Positions 48,985 to 62,054 of a stretch of DNA of 64,000 nt are shown one piece after another. The notes under the pieces are model-generated. The model was not told the origin of the DNA. It worked only from the letters and a program-made list of their open reading frames with translations, and searched no databases. Source of the stretch: Tubiluchus corallicola (Eukaryota > Animalia > Priapulida); contig JAQGDQ010000069.1 in the NCBI GenBank assembly GCA_030141605.1, positions 191,126 to 255,125 of the forward strand, read 5' to 3'. Position 1 is the stretch's first letter. The number at the start of each line of letters is the position of its first letter. The translations under genes were made by a program, and so were the position numbers.

Positions 48985-50390
48985 TACCTTACCTTATGTT
49001 ATTTTGGCAAAGTAATCTTCTAGCCAAATCGTGTATATATGTTCGTATCCGTATCTTTAAAGAAGGTATTTCTTTCCCATTCAATCCTATACACTTATTA
49101 GATCTGAATTAATCTTGTGTAACTTTGTGCATGGCCTCTGGTGATCGATCTGGCCACCTGCGATTTTGGTTGATTTTGTGGGCTTACAGCTTTATCATAT
49201 ATATTCATTAAAATCTTATAAGCCTCTAGCATGTCACCTTTCAGCCTCCTGTAAGCTAGTCAGTTGTAGCTGTGTTGGCAATTTAAGGAACTTTAGCCGG
49301 TCAATATACGATAATTCTTTCAAGTGACTAAGCTTTCTTGTCATGTATTTGTACTTGTTCCAGCTGATCCATATATTTGACCACTGATGAGTGACATACT
49401 GAGCTTGAAAACTCCACGGGGCCTAACAAGGACTTTGTACAGGCAGATGAACATACTATGGGTCAGAGTGGTAAAAGCTCTTGTTATTATCCCCACCATC
49501 TTCTTAACTTTGCTTATCTTTTCCTGGATATGATGTTTAAATGTGAGCAATCTATCAAAAGTAGCTCCAACGTCTTTCTCTGACTCAACCCAGGGTATCT
49601 GGTCACTAATTTCATCTCTTACCAGTATGTAATCAGAAGTTGGATTATTTTCTTTCCTAATTGTTATACTCATCACCTTACATTTACCAGGATGAAAAGC
49701 TAACAACCAGCTTCTTGAATGTCTCCCTATCCTGCTGTGATTCAATTACATTGAACAGTTTTGTATCATCTGCAAACAGAAAGATCTCAGACACTATTTC
49801 TTCTGGAAGATCATTGATGTAGATGAGAAATAATATGGGACAGAGGACGCTGCTCTGTGGAATTCCACGATTTACATTTTGCCAGCTCGAGCTATATCCC
49901 TGTACGATGACTTTTTGCTTCCTATTGCTAAAAAAATCTGCAATCCACATAGCTATAGGTTCCTCAATCCCGTATGCTCTCAACTTACACTATATCATTT
50001 TGAGGGGCACTCTATCAAATGCTTTTTCAAATTCCATATACGCTTCTGTTCACATCTCCATTACTTGTAAGGGCTGTAGGCTTGTTGATCGTCCTGGCGA
50101 AAACCAATTTTGCTTATTGCTAATAAAATAGTTTATCAGCAGATACTCCAGAATGTGGCCAGTTAAGAAATTCTACATGACCTTACAAACAACAGTTGTT
50201 AGAGATAAAGGACGATAGTTATTTGCCATTTTTCTATTACAATTTTTGTATTACAATATCCTGGCTTCTTTCCATTTTTGTGGTAAAACTCCTGCACCAA
50301 GCTAAAGATTAAAAATCCTAGTTAGGGGCGCTTTAATTTAGTCTGCAATTTCTCTTAATAATAATCCATTAGGATTCGTCACAGAGAAGA
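48985..50390 (-). mobile_element. 5'-truncated, frameshifted CR1-clade LINE (reverse transcriptase remnant)
   Basis: Fragments GIPQSSVLCPILFLIYINDLP, LFADDTKL, WLLAFHPGKCKVM, EKDVG, LYKVLVRP and a TRGH motif near 49130, spread over several frames. Ends are approximate. Confidence 0.9.
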
Positions 50391-50728
50391 GGACAACTTG
50401 TCATATCCATTATAAAACATACACAATGTGCTGCAAAGCTGTATAATGCATTTATTTTAGAAACTATCTAGTGCATACTGCATACCAAATGTTAGACTTA
50501 ATGTTAATCGTGGAAAGATATTTGGCTTTAAGGCAAATTTAGAAATAAAATAAATTAGTTTAGCAACACAGAGGTGGCTAATTTGCCTAAACAATCCTTT
50601 ATACAATTGGAAATTTTTATCACAGCATCCTTATGAATGGTAAGTAAGTTTCATATTTGGACTCTGCAGGGTATCACCACAGAGACCCATCATTTGCATA
50701 CTTAAAATTTAATTTGCATTACTATCAG

Positions 50729-51168
50729 CAGGCCCGATAAAAGAGGGGACAGGAGGCCAGTGTTCCGGGGCCCGAAACGATTGAAGATGCAGTCAAAGTT
50801 TTATATAGCTAGAACTGCTAAATTGTTTCTTCACAAAATCGTCCAAATGGATTGGCCATTTCTTCTTGTCTTTTCTCTAGCTTTTCCCTCATCAGTAGTA
50901 CTTTTTTGAATGGTGGAAGCATTGGAAGTAATTGGAAATTGTCACGATCAAATTACACGAAGCTCTGTTGCACTAAACTTTAGTTTATTCAAAAATATGT
51001 TCATTTTCTAATTTTTGTTTTGCTTATAGACAGCATCAGCATCTCAGGTTCTAACAGAATGTCATTTCTGTACTTAGTTCAGTTTGCTGTAATGTTTTGC
51101 CACTTGAAGTGAATTGGGGCCCTTAGTTCTTGCTGCCCTGGGTCCAGCAATAACTCTTGATGGCCCTG
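50729..51168. mobile_element. Degenerate hAT-like MITE
   Basis: Imperfect inverted ends caggcccgataaaagag and ctcttgatggccctg with gggccc subterminal motifs. No clean TSD. Confidence 0.4.
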
Positions 51169-51189
51169 TCCATTAGTTGTTGGATACAT

Positions 51190-52320
51190 ATTATAGTCCA
51201 GTCCAGTTAGCTCAAAAAATGTGTGAAATCGAGAAAAATTGTGTCAGGCTGCCGTTCGAATGTCTGGCCAGGTACCCAGGAAGTTGTCCAGAACAACATA
51301 ATTATTCAAAAACCCCTGAAAACCACTTTGGGGGAAAAGTTATGGTTCTTTAAATGGCTTGCCAACGTTGCTTCACATGGCTCAATTTAAAATGGCATAT
51401 AGTTATCGTAGGCTAATATAAAAGTGCACAAGGCCTATCACGAAAATAGTGTTTAAAGGTCATTCAAAGTCAAGGCCATTCAAAAGGCAAATGATCAGAA
51501 TTAAAGTCAAAATGACTCAACTAAGAAGCATTGTGTACTGCATAAATATGTTAACAGCTGACATAAAAGTAAATATGGTCTATCAGAAAATTAGTGTTTG
51601 AAGGTTATTCTAGGTTAAGGTAATTCAAAGTAGCCACCGACTCGCCATTAAAGTCAAAATAACTCAGAAGCATTGTAAACTGTAATAAATGTATCAACAG
51701 CTGATCTAAAAACGAATATGCTTGCTTATGTACGATTATAGTTGTCCGTCAAGACCTAATGAATCCTCTCTTGCCCCTGAGATGGATGTGGACCGATCCG
51801 TGATCAGCACTGTTTGCGACAAATGTGACAGAAAAAGTCGACTGTTGCTGGTGTCACTGTTGGCAGGCTTCGATAGTCACAGATCGTTGTGCGTCATCGA
51901 TTTCGATTGCTAGTTGACTTCTCAGGCTAGAAAGTTCTTCGAACATTTTGAATGACCATTTTTCTGATAGACAATTCATCTTTATGTCAGTTGGTTATGC
52001 ATTTGTGCGATCTTACATGCATCCTAGTAGAGATGTTTCTAAAGCTGCATTGGCGGCCATTTTGAATTGACTTTGATACGTTATTTTTCTGATACGTCAT
52101 ATGCACTTTTATACCACCTTAAATGTCACTGAGTTATTTTAACTTCAAAGCAGCCATTAGCGGCCATTTTGAATGAAAGCTCCATAACTTAACTAGTTTT
52201 CTCATTTTCCCCATAAAATGGATTTCGGGGATTTTGAATATATTCTGAGTGTTTGTGCAAAAAGTCCGCTTTTCACTATTACTGTCCGGGTCATATCTCA
52301 TTTTGACGGGACCAACATTC
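51190..52320. repeat. Foldback-type element with about 143-bp units in tandem and inverted orientation
   Basis: Two tandem units start at about 51437 and 51581 (tatca(c)gaaaa(a/t)tagtgttt...attaaagtcaaaat...gaagcattgt...aacagctga). Diverged inverted copies lie at about 51945-52190 (ttttctgata, gcggccattttgaat). Confidence 0.6.
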
Positions 52321-52715
52321 AATATCTTCAAACAAATCAGCTACTTAAAAAGAAAACAGTTTTGCAGACATACTCCAAGGTGTAAAGTTAGTCATTAACT
52401 TTAAAATTATGGAAATCGTACGATTTATTAAAAACTTTTCTGTAGTGTTTACCAGGTGCAACCAAAGTGAACAAGCTTCCAAATGAGTCAGTTTATTCAA
52501 ACGATATCAAATGCCTTCTGAAAATCACTAAATATGATACTATACTGTTATTCTTTGAGACTAACTCGTATCTTCGACGGCAACAGAACGTAAAGGAAGT
52601 ATTGTAGTGTTCAGTGCTGTGTCCCATGACAAAATCTTCTTGCTCAGAATATAAAAATGCAGTGTCGTCTTGTCCTCTTGAGGGGCTAACTTTCAACCAA
52701 GTTCTTCGTAATTGA

Positions 52716-53155
<440 letters not shown>

Positions 53156-54619
53156 AAGTATAAGTGAGGTAAAATGGAGCAATATAAGTGAACACATTTA
53201 CACTGAAGTAGCATTACACTGTGTTTGGGTACTAAATAAATTTAGTGTAACCTACAACAATACTGATTGTAGCTGTTGGTCTGCAGCAGAAACATACAAC
53301 ATGTGCTGAACAACGGTCATTTTACGATCTAAGTGAATCATAGTCGGTGGTTCCTTTTCCGTTCACTAACCTATGCAATGATTAAAACACCGGTAAAAAC
53401 CAACCATGCAAGTTGTTTACATAGAACAGTTTGAGCAAAAACAGCAAATAAACTTACTAAGGTCAGCTGAGTGCTCCTGTTGCACTGCTTGAGATCCGCA
53501 TTCGTTGTATTGACACCATGCTCGTGAACCGTGCAGGGTAATAATTAATAGGAAATTAGGAAATTTAGAAAATTTTGAGCGATATTCTAGTTAAGGTACA
53601 ATCGAAGTCTAGCTAGATTTTAATAATGTAGAGGGCTATGAGAAAGTAACCCGACTTTCACAACATGATTTCACGTTTTTGATTAGGGGACGAAGTGCAC
53701 GATCCCTACAGATGGATTGGGTATGCCATTCCGCAGACCTTCACCATTTTAATTTTTCACTTTTCCGCATCTGCGCTTAAATATATGCCCATTAAGTGGA
53801 TCACGCTTGTTGAGTGGATTCGCCCGATACATTGTTACATTACTGGCGTTTCTTTGATTCTGTAATGTTTAAATGGATCTGCCTGAAACAACGCCGTTTC
53901 TAGAAAGCCAAATGTTAACAAGCGTTTCCCATGATTTTCTTATGGAAGGTTGGAAAGTGAATAATTTTACAAGAAATGAGAAAATGGGATGCGTTGAGCA
54001 ATTTGATACCTCGATTATTACAGTTTAGATGCCATTATATGTGTAAGAGCAGATGAGCACATAAAATTTTACTACATCAAATTTACAGCACCATAAGCAA
54101 ATTTGTTAACAAATATTGCCTTCACGGATAAGGAAAATCCATGTTTTTCAAAACTTAGGTCTGCTATTTTTTGAAGTATAATTGGGGATAATAATATATG
54201 GCTCGCTGTATAGACTACAATATTTTACATTATTTGCCAAATTCTTGCTTCTAGATGTTATGACGTCGACTTCGATTTCTTATAATTATGATGATAATGA
54301 CGATGATGGTGATGATGACGACAACGATGTTTATGATATTGGGGGCCGGTGGTGCCACATTTTTTTCTTAACTTTCAAACTTTTACAGTAATTCTTTCTA
54401 ACTGATACCACGGAAATGTACATTTTCTATATCAAGAATTGAATAATTCAATAATAAAAAAAATCCCACAGTAAAGCTGCTACAGTAGAATAGTTTCTAC
54501 AGTAAACTACTGACGCTATCAGTAGAGCGCAGACTTCCACTAATGTTTGCGGAGTAATTGACTGACATTAGGATTGGTTTTGTTACATACTACTTCAGGC
54601 CCCATTAAGAAATCTTAAT

Positions 54620-55030
54620 TTTGTGTTTGGATCCGCTATGTTCTTGCATTCATTTTCTATTCCATTCAGAATTGTCTTTTAATTTTTTTTCTTCCATTCT
54701 GTCTGTACTCGTTGCCTATGTTTGTTCCGTATTTATGTGCAATCTCGCTCAACTAACTGTGCCAATAGCACCGACTGCACGGATATTTCAGTTGCTGGTC
54801 CAAAAATTGCCAATCTCTTATTAGTTGGCAAAAGAAACTTCCTGTAAAACATAAGTTTTCTGTGATTAATAGACCACACACCTAATTTAGACAAAATCCC
54901 CCAGTAATTCATACTTACCAACAACTCAGTAGACTTTTCAATGATCTTCCTTGGACTTTTTCTAATAATTGGTCTAATTGAAACTTTTGGATGTTTCAGA
55001 ATTGTATACTAAGGATGGTATTTCTAAAAA
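54620..55030 (-). mobile_element. Degenerate LINE 3' fragment
   Basis: Broken frames read PSLVYNSET / LDQLLEKVQGRSLKSL / YWGILSKLGVWSINHRKLMFY, resembling the post-RT region of non-LTR retrotransposons. Confidence 0.45.
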
Positions 55031-55100
55031 TTCATAAAGTCTTAGCTTTACTGCACTAGACATTCTAGTATTATTGTGTTGCTGTAAACTGTAACTTATT

Positions 55101-55105
<5 letters not shown>

Positions 55106-55146
<41 letters not shown>

Positions 55147-55190
55147 TATATATATATATAAGAATAATATATATATATATATATGTATAT
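55106..55190. repeat. Compound (CA)n(TA)n microsatellite
   Basis: Directly visible. Confidence 0.92.
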
Positions 55191-56399
55191 TATTCTTTTT
55201 TCTTTTCATATTTCAACTTATAGTTATTTTGTTTATTTAGCCAACTATCACAGTTTTTGTAATTTCGAGTCTTACTATCATCTTTACCTTCACTAATAAC
55301 TTCATTTAATGTAGGCAATCTTTTTTTCTTAGTGATCTTAGTATGGGGTTTTTTCAGCTTCTCTACAATAATTATCACTTCTTATGTTATTTTAATTTCC
55401 TTCTCCCCCAGTATCATCACTTCTCTTTCAAGTATTGAGGTATTACTCTTTGCACTTTTTTAATCTTGTTTAATCTGTTAACTGCATGCGACACAACACA
55501 ATAAATTGCCAAACATCGTTCTCTGCCTTACAGGTTCAGTACGTTTGATGTCTTTAGACTTACCAACAGGCGAAATACTTACTGCAATAGTACTTTCATT
55601 TATTTGCAAGTGTGAGATGAAAACCTAGTCTCGCTTCAGTTTTAGTGTGCATCCTGAGCCATATTTCGTCAAAACAGTCTATATATTGAAAAATATTATG
55701 TATAATTCATCATTTTTCATTATTTAAGTATAATTTTATTATGATGTCCGGCCTGTAGAATTTTCTTATCGAAGATTATAGAAGATAAAATTGATATTTT
55801 TTCACAGGTCATGATCGATCATTACCAAATATTCTTCTTTGCTTATATGCCCCACCCTCCAGAAAATTTTGTGGAAATCAGTTTAGTAGTTTTTGCTCAG
55901 TCGTATTAATTAACAAACCAAGGACTATGGAAACATATAACCTCCTCGACGGAGGTAACAAATAAGGAAAGAAAGAAGCGGTTTCGGCTCCCTGTCCCAA
56001 GATTTATTAAGAGAGAAAAAAAGAATAAAAATAAACACAACAGGCTATTAAACATTGATATTTTTTATTTACAATGATAAGACAATTACCAATTATTAAT
56101 TACAAAATATGCAGCATATGCAGCAGAACACTAAAGCATAGTGTTACTAATAACACTGTAGCAGGAACGCTAGTAAAAAGTGGCAACTTTTATATATAAA
56201 GTGCGATTTGTCGGTAAGGAGAATCTGCAGATTTGCATTCAGTAGATAATCATACATATTATAATTTTCTGAAGAAAACAAATGAACTCCGCTAACTTAA
56301 AAAATTTAATAATTACAAAGTTAAATGAAAAACGGACCTGGTTTTGAATTATAGTTCTAAACAATCCAACTTACAAAAATATTGAAACACACATACTAT

Positions 56400-58413
56400 T
56401 TTGTAAATACTTATTACGGCAAAAACTATAATTTCGCATTCGCGCGGCTAGTTTTTCGCTGTTGCATGTATTTTGCTAATCACCAGTTAGCACATACACC
56501 TCAAAAACGCGTTGCACGAACAACAGGCGTTGTACCTTTCTGTTTAGATGTGGTTCACTTGTGATATGGTCCCATCATTCGCACTCATGCACGAACATGG
56601 CAGTAAGCTTTAAATTTAAATTTTTAAAATTACAATTTGCATAGTTTTGTGTATCACACTAAATGTTGTACAGTATAACTAATTGGGCTCGCCCGCCATT
56701 TATAAAGTTTTCAATCTATTATTTTATTTTCAGAAAGAGTTTTCCTAGTATTAGGTATTGTTATTAATCTACGTGTGCGTTTTTGCATTATGCTTCGCCG
56801 AATACCATCTGAGGTGTATTCAAGAAAAACCGATTAAATCATCCATTAGCGCACTTATCTAAATTATGTTGCTGCATTTCCCGAATTTCAACGCAAAATG
56901 TGAAGAAATAACTGCTTAGCGTTATTAAAAATTATTAGCAACCAAAACAGAGTTTCTCATTCACAAAAAATGGCGCATTCACCAGCGAACTTTAGTTAGT
57001 TTCGTTGTTTTTTATACAAGGGTTGTCTGTTACTATCGAAGTAAGCCGCAGACTCGTGTACCTGTTACAAAATAACAGGGCAAGTTCTAGGATTTTGTCT
57101 AGAAATTTCACACGAGCCACAAAAGCCTCAAGACATAAGTTTTTTCTAAGAGCACCTTGTTCAATTTCAGGCGCATAAACCATAGGTGATTCAGTACTAG
57201 TGTTGGCAATATCATAAGACGTACAGATATTGCGCAGAAGATCCTAAAATAAAAGAAATCTACTTTTAAACAACTAAACACAGTAGTTAATTCGTCGAAC
57301 AATAGTGTAAACTCTGCCAGTGGATTGTCACTTCCGAATTTCGTAAACATTTAGCAAGTTGCACTTCAGTTAGTTGCATTGCAATTAAATGACTATAAAA
57401 TCCAGTAAACTATACACGCATGGATGCAGGTAAATCATGTCAATAAAAGTCAACGAACGCTAATTGTGATTTTAGCTTTTTATATTGCAGAAACTGACGC
57501 TCTGGCTGAATTTGTGGAGAGCGAAAAGAAGAAAACGTGGCTGCAATTCTGTGCCTACATGCTAGCTGTGTTAATGGAGTTCGAACTCCTTTTCTGGAAA
57601 ATAGAACTGATGCGCCGCAGGCTAAAAACTGTTTCCCAATATAGTGTAAAATATTTACATTTCTAATTACGCTCCCTAATTAACAATCAATTTAAGGATG
57701 TCCAAGAATAGAAGAAGTTGTGTCACTTTAGAAAATTTCTAGTGATGGTTTAGCAGCCCAAATAAACGCAAAAACAGCTTCTTTTTATTCATGTGATCTA
57801 TTCGAGGCAAATGAAAAACGTAAAAAACTGTTTATAAAACAGAACGTAAAATGTAAAAAACCAACTTCGCAAACCTCTTACAATTATCCTACTTTTGGAA
57901 AGTTAAAATTTGTGATTTTTGGACATAGATATAGACTATTGTTATTTCAAATTATTAGTGAAAAATTATTATAATAAAATTTACACTTATTAATTCGTAT
58001 GAGACAGGGACACAAAAGACAGCGGGTCATCGAATCAGTATAATATAAACATTTATGGAAGCTTGATAAGTAGCAGGGCCAGAAAATATGGTGAACATAA
58101 GTCACGGGTTATTAGTACGCGTTTAATTACGTTTTGTGTGTAAACTTTATCCTTTACAACAAAATCATGCTATTTTAGAAGCATGGTAGGGATAGCTTGA
58201 TACGCGTTTCTAACGATCACGATAACACAAACAATAACATGTTACATGTAGGAAGTAAACCTGCAGGTCGATAAGGCTGGTATTGTGTACTGGAAGCTAA
58301 TACCTGCCTTTCTGCAGTAAAAAGGGCATGAACTGTCAATAACGTACCCCAGTTTTTTTCCGCTTGCAAGAAGAACGCTGCACGGTACGAGATCGCTAGT
58401 ACTTGTTATCAGA
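56400..58413 (-). other. Candidate spliced orphan gene or pseudogene
   Basis: Open, GT-AG-bounded segments at 58413-58304 and 57243-57062, a phase-compatible open segment starting at 57621, and a minus-strand AATAAA at 56069-56064. No complete model could be built. Confidence 0.35.
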
Positions 58414-58880
58414 CTAAGAATGAAGTGTCTGACAATGCAAATTATTTCAATACTTGTGTATTAGTGTAGTGAAAGGTGAACAGTTTGGAAAAATTTCTGT
58501 ATTTGTTACTAGTGACAACTATAACTTATAAATTACACGAAGTTAACACTTAAGTTCGTGCATGTGAAGTATTTTCTGATTTTTATGCAGTCTTGGTTAT
58601 ATTGTAGATATCGTTAAAGAAGGCCAGTGCATTGAAACGATAACAGCCAAACGTCAAATCACAAGCTTTCCATGCTATGTAAATTAATGTGCACATGTCC
58701 CAACGATTTTGTCTAGGAACCTTTTCGGGTTTTTTGCGTCTATTTAAATGATCACGAATTAGTGCGTATATTTCCGATTTATTATTCTAGGATTACACAG
58801 AGTATGCAGTTCAGCCTCAGAACTCTTCATTTTTGGCTGTGGTGGAAGTTTACCTCACTAAGATGTAAAAATATAGAATC

Positions 58881-59074
58881 CAGGTAAAAAAGTCACAGGT
58901 AAAAACGTCACAGAAAAACTCACAAGAAAAAAGCGCAAGGAAAAAGAAATAACCCTAACCCTAACCGTAACCCTAGCCAAAATTAAATGCGACTTTTTTC
59001 CTGAGACTTTTTTCCGAGTCAAAAATTGTGACTTTTTCCGTGACTTTTTTTCTGTGATTTTAGTACCGGTCACC
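58881..59074. repeat. Palindromic element with central telomere-like (TAACCC)n
   Basis: Left arm has aaaaagtcac-type units, right arm has gtgactttttt-type units, and taaccctaaccctaaccgtaaccct lies at 58950-58974. Confidence 0.75.
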
Positions 59075-60069
59075 AAAATATGTTGCTTGATTTTATAATT
59101 GCGTGATGAGACACCCACGAAGGCTTGAGTTGAATTTGAATATTTGACCAGTTTCAGTCTCAAGTGTAGCATGCTGTTTTTCTTAAGTCATAAGTCACAG
59201 CGCATTCTTCTACACGATTATAAAATACTTTTTCTTTTGCGTAGTTACAAGTTACAACTATTCAGTCTGTTTCTTTGAGCGTCCATGAAAATTAATTGCG
59301 ATATTCGATTCTGTTGGGTGTATGATTATGTTATAATTTTATAATAGGCATTATAATTATTAACCTATGCAAGTCAGTTAAATCTTGTAATTTCACTGTC
59401 GAAATTCTAGCCACACTTTCCGTTCTTGTTTTGTGCAAAATTGTGGTAATTGTTATTATAGCACTCGTAAATTATAAATTATGTTCGTAATCACCATAAT
59501 CACAATTTCTCATGATTTATATGATTGTTGTGCTTACAAGTTGTGCTTCCGGTCTGCATTGCATGCTAAGCACATTATCATTTCTACATGGTGCACTGGG
59601 GGGGGGGGAGGCGTGAGATGTACCAAATGAAAATGACTGTGGCAAGGCGGCTGGAACGACTGAATCTAGCTAATCAAACAGGATAATCTTGTAAGTTGAG
59701 AATCTAAGAAGATGGCAAGCGCTATGCATTTTCTGACAATTTATGCGTTCGACTTTGCTTTAGAAACACCTAAAGTTTAGAAACCGTGAATAATATGTTT
59801 ACCTAAAATAAAAATAAAAATTCACGTTTTAGAACATTGTAATTACTACGTAGGAAAAGGTTAAATTGGAGGTTAAAAGCGTTCATACATGTAGTTAGCA
59901 CAGTAATTTGCTACGTATTGAACTTTCAGGACAACCACAGAAACTAATGGAATGACGTGGACGTCTTTACGCAGCGTAGTACTAATGAATGCCTTACCTG
60001 TCACGTAAGTACATCTCTAAACTATGTAATGTCAGATGCAAAAGTTCACCTTTGGCGCCAAATTATTGG

Positions 60070-60400
60070 CTTTTTTCGTGTTCTGCTTCTTTTTTTCTGT
60101 GCACTTCTTCTTTCCTCCCCTCTCATGTCCTTTCATGTCTCTCGTTCTCTTCTCTTTTTTCGGCTCCCTCCATTTATTTGTTCTTCTACGTACCCTTGTT
60201 CTATTTTCTTATGTCCTCTTCTTTCTCCTTTTCTGTACTGTTATTTTTCCCTCCCTTCCTTGCCCTACTTTTGTTTTGTCTCTTCTTCTCATTTCTCTCC
60301 TGTTATATTTTCTCTTCTCTTCTCTCTTCGTGGTGCTCTCTTGTTTTCTTCCCGGTTCCTCGTTTCTTCCTGCTATCACCACTCCTCTCATTTTCGCTTG
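60070..60400. repeat. Pyrimidine-rich low-complexity tract
   Basis: T/C-rich sequence that is open in all three + frames as Phe/Leu/Ser-rich pseudo-ORFs. Confidence 0.8.
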
Positions 60401-60570
60401 TATATAATTGTGTAACTTTATGTTTGTTCTCAAGTTTTTAATGCAACTTAAACTTGCTTTCTGTTTAGAATCAATCAAATGTTTGGCTTTTTTGAAAAGT
60501 GAAGATTCTGTTACAGGTGAAAGGTTGCATTTGGCATTTGTAGACTATCCCAAGTGACGGATATCGCAAT

Positions 60571-62054
60571 ATGAACCAAAATTATTTCAAATATCGCCTG
60601 AGATACTTCATACCCAGATTACTCATGTTCAAATGCTACAGGTGCGTCCAAAACTTCTTCCTAGTTCTGCTACAGTTTTAAGGGTGGGTGCTAGAACTCG
60701 CTATTCATTTAGATATGTGGGAAAACTTTAGTTTTACTGATTTTTACTGAAATCTTTACAAAATTCACGTTTACTTACAGTCAGAAATCTAGTTTAATTG
60801 GAAGCCAAATGTGGGACAGGCATTTTACCATCGTCAAGCTTTTTTACTTCTAGAGCCATTTATTATTAAACTTAGATCTGTCAATAAAATTACGGTAATG
60901 ACACGTTCTTACACAATGCTGGTTACAGTACAAGACGTGCAACAGATTCCACATTATAAACATTTCCAGTTGATTAGATGGTAACAATTGTTTAACATTT
61001 ATTTTGCAGATTTCAGAGAAGTTGGCAATGTATTTGGCTAATATTCGTCTTTGTATTTCTTTGTGTTGTGATAAGTGTCGACAAACTTGACAAGTCTCAA
61101 AAAAATCCGGAACTTAGAAAATTTTTTAGGCAAAATGACGATAATTTCTTATTGTCTGTAAGTGAGAAAAACTTAACCGTAGATGACGTTTATTGTGGAC
61201 AAGCATGTGATATAATTGGGCGCCACTTCCGCCAGTCACCCGGATTGGAGTATACAATCCTACATAAGGATTTTGACTGTCCTTCAATTATGCAACGGCT
61301 GTTTTTAGAGAAACCAGCAAAAGAATGGCCACCACCCCGCGAACCTCCAAAAGAACTACGGGATGAGTTTACTATGCATGGGAAGATGCCACTAGTTCTG
61401 AGGTCACAATGGTACTTTGCTAGTAACTATGCAAAGACTAAGAAGGAAAACTTTTTTAACGAGTCGTTCATTACCAATCTGCAGAAACTAGCACAGGATG
61501 GGCAAAACATTTCGGTTTATGGCCGCGATGCAATGGAAGTTGTCCAGGAGGCTTTTGACATGTACACTGACGAAATCATTGGAAAACATGCTTTTGTTGT
61601 AGGCACGGAATACCCTTGGGTTGAAGCATTGTTACTCAACGCCAACGTTGGTCACGTGACGACAATGGATTACAGTGACTTGGTATCATCACATCCCAAG
61701 ATAACTGCGATTCTGCCTCAAAAGCTGGCGCAGCGATACCTGAGACATCCGAAGCCAATGTTTGATTTTGGTGTCAGTTACTCCTCTATGGAGCATAGTG
61801 GATTGGGACGTTATGGCGATGCTCTAAATCCAAATGGTGACCTGGAGGCCATGGCACAAGCATGGTGTTTGGTGAAACCGGGTGGTTATTTCTTTTTAAA
61901 CGTAGAGTCTGATCATGGCAGCAGTTACTTGGCATGGAATGCCCACAGAGTTTATGGAACAGAAAGACTGAAACATTTGACTGCCAATTGGAATGTAACC
62001 ACCATATTACATCAAAAAGGACAAATTGTCAGAGTTATGCAAAAAATAGAGTGA
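60571..62054 (+). CDS. DUF268-family (SAM-dependent methyltransferase-like) type II membrane protein, about 371 aa, 2 coding exons
   Basis: Exon 60571-60641 (MNQNYFKYRLRYFIPRLLMFKCY, donor AG|gtgcgt) joins 61010-62054 (acceptor ttttgcag|) in phase 2, giving the signal anchor CIWLIFVFVFLCVVI. Motifs VVGTEYPWVEA, SYSSMEHSGLGRYGDALNPNGDL, LVKPGG and WNAHRVYG are typical of DUF268. Confidence 0.88.

Noticed and set aside
59957-60478. Overlapping hydrophobic ORFs resembling membrane proteins
   Set aside because: A pyrimidine-rich low-complexity tract open in all frames, with no family motifs.
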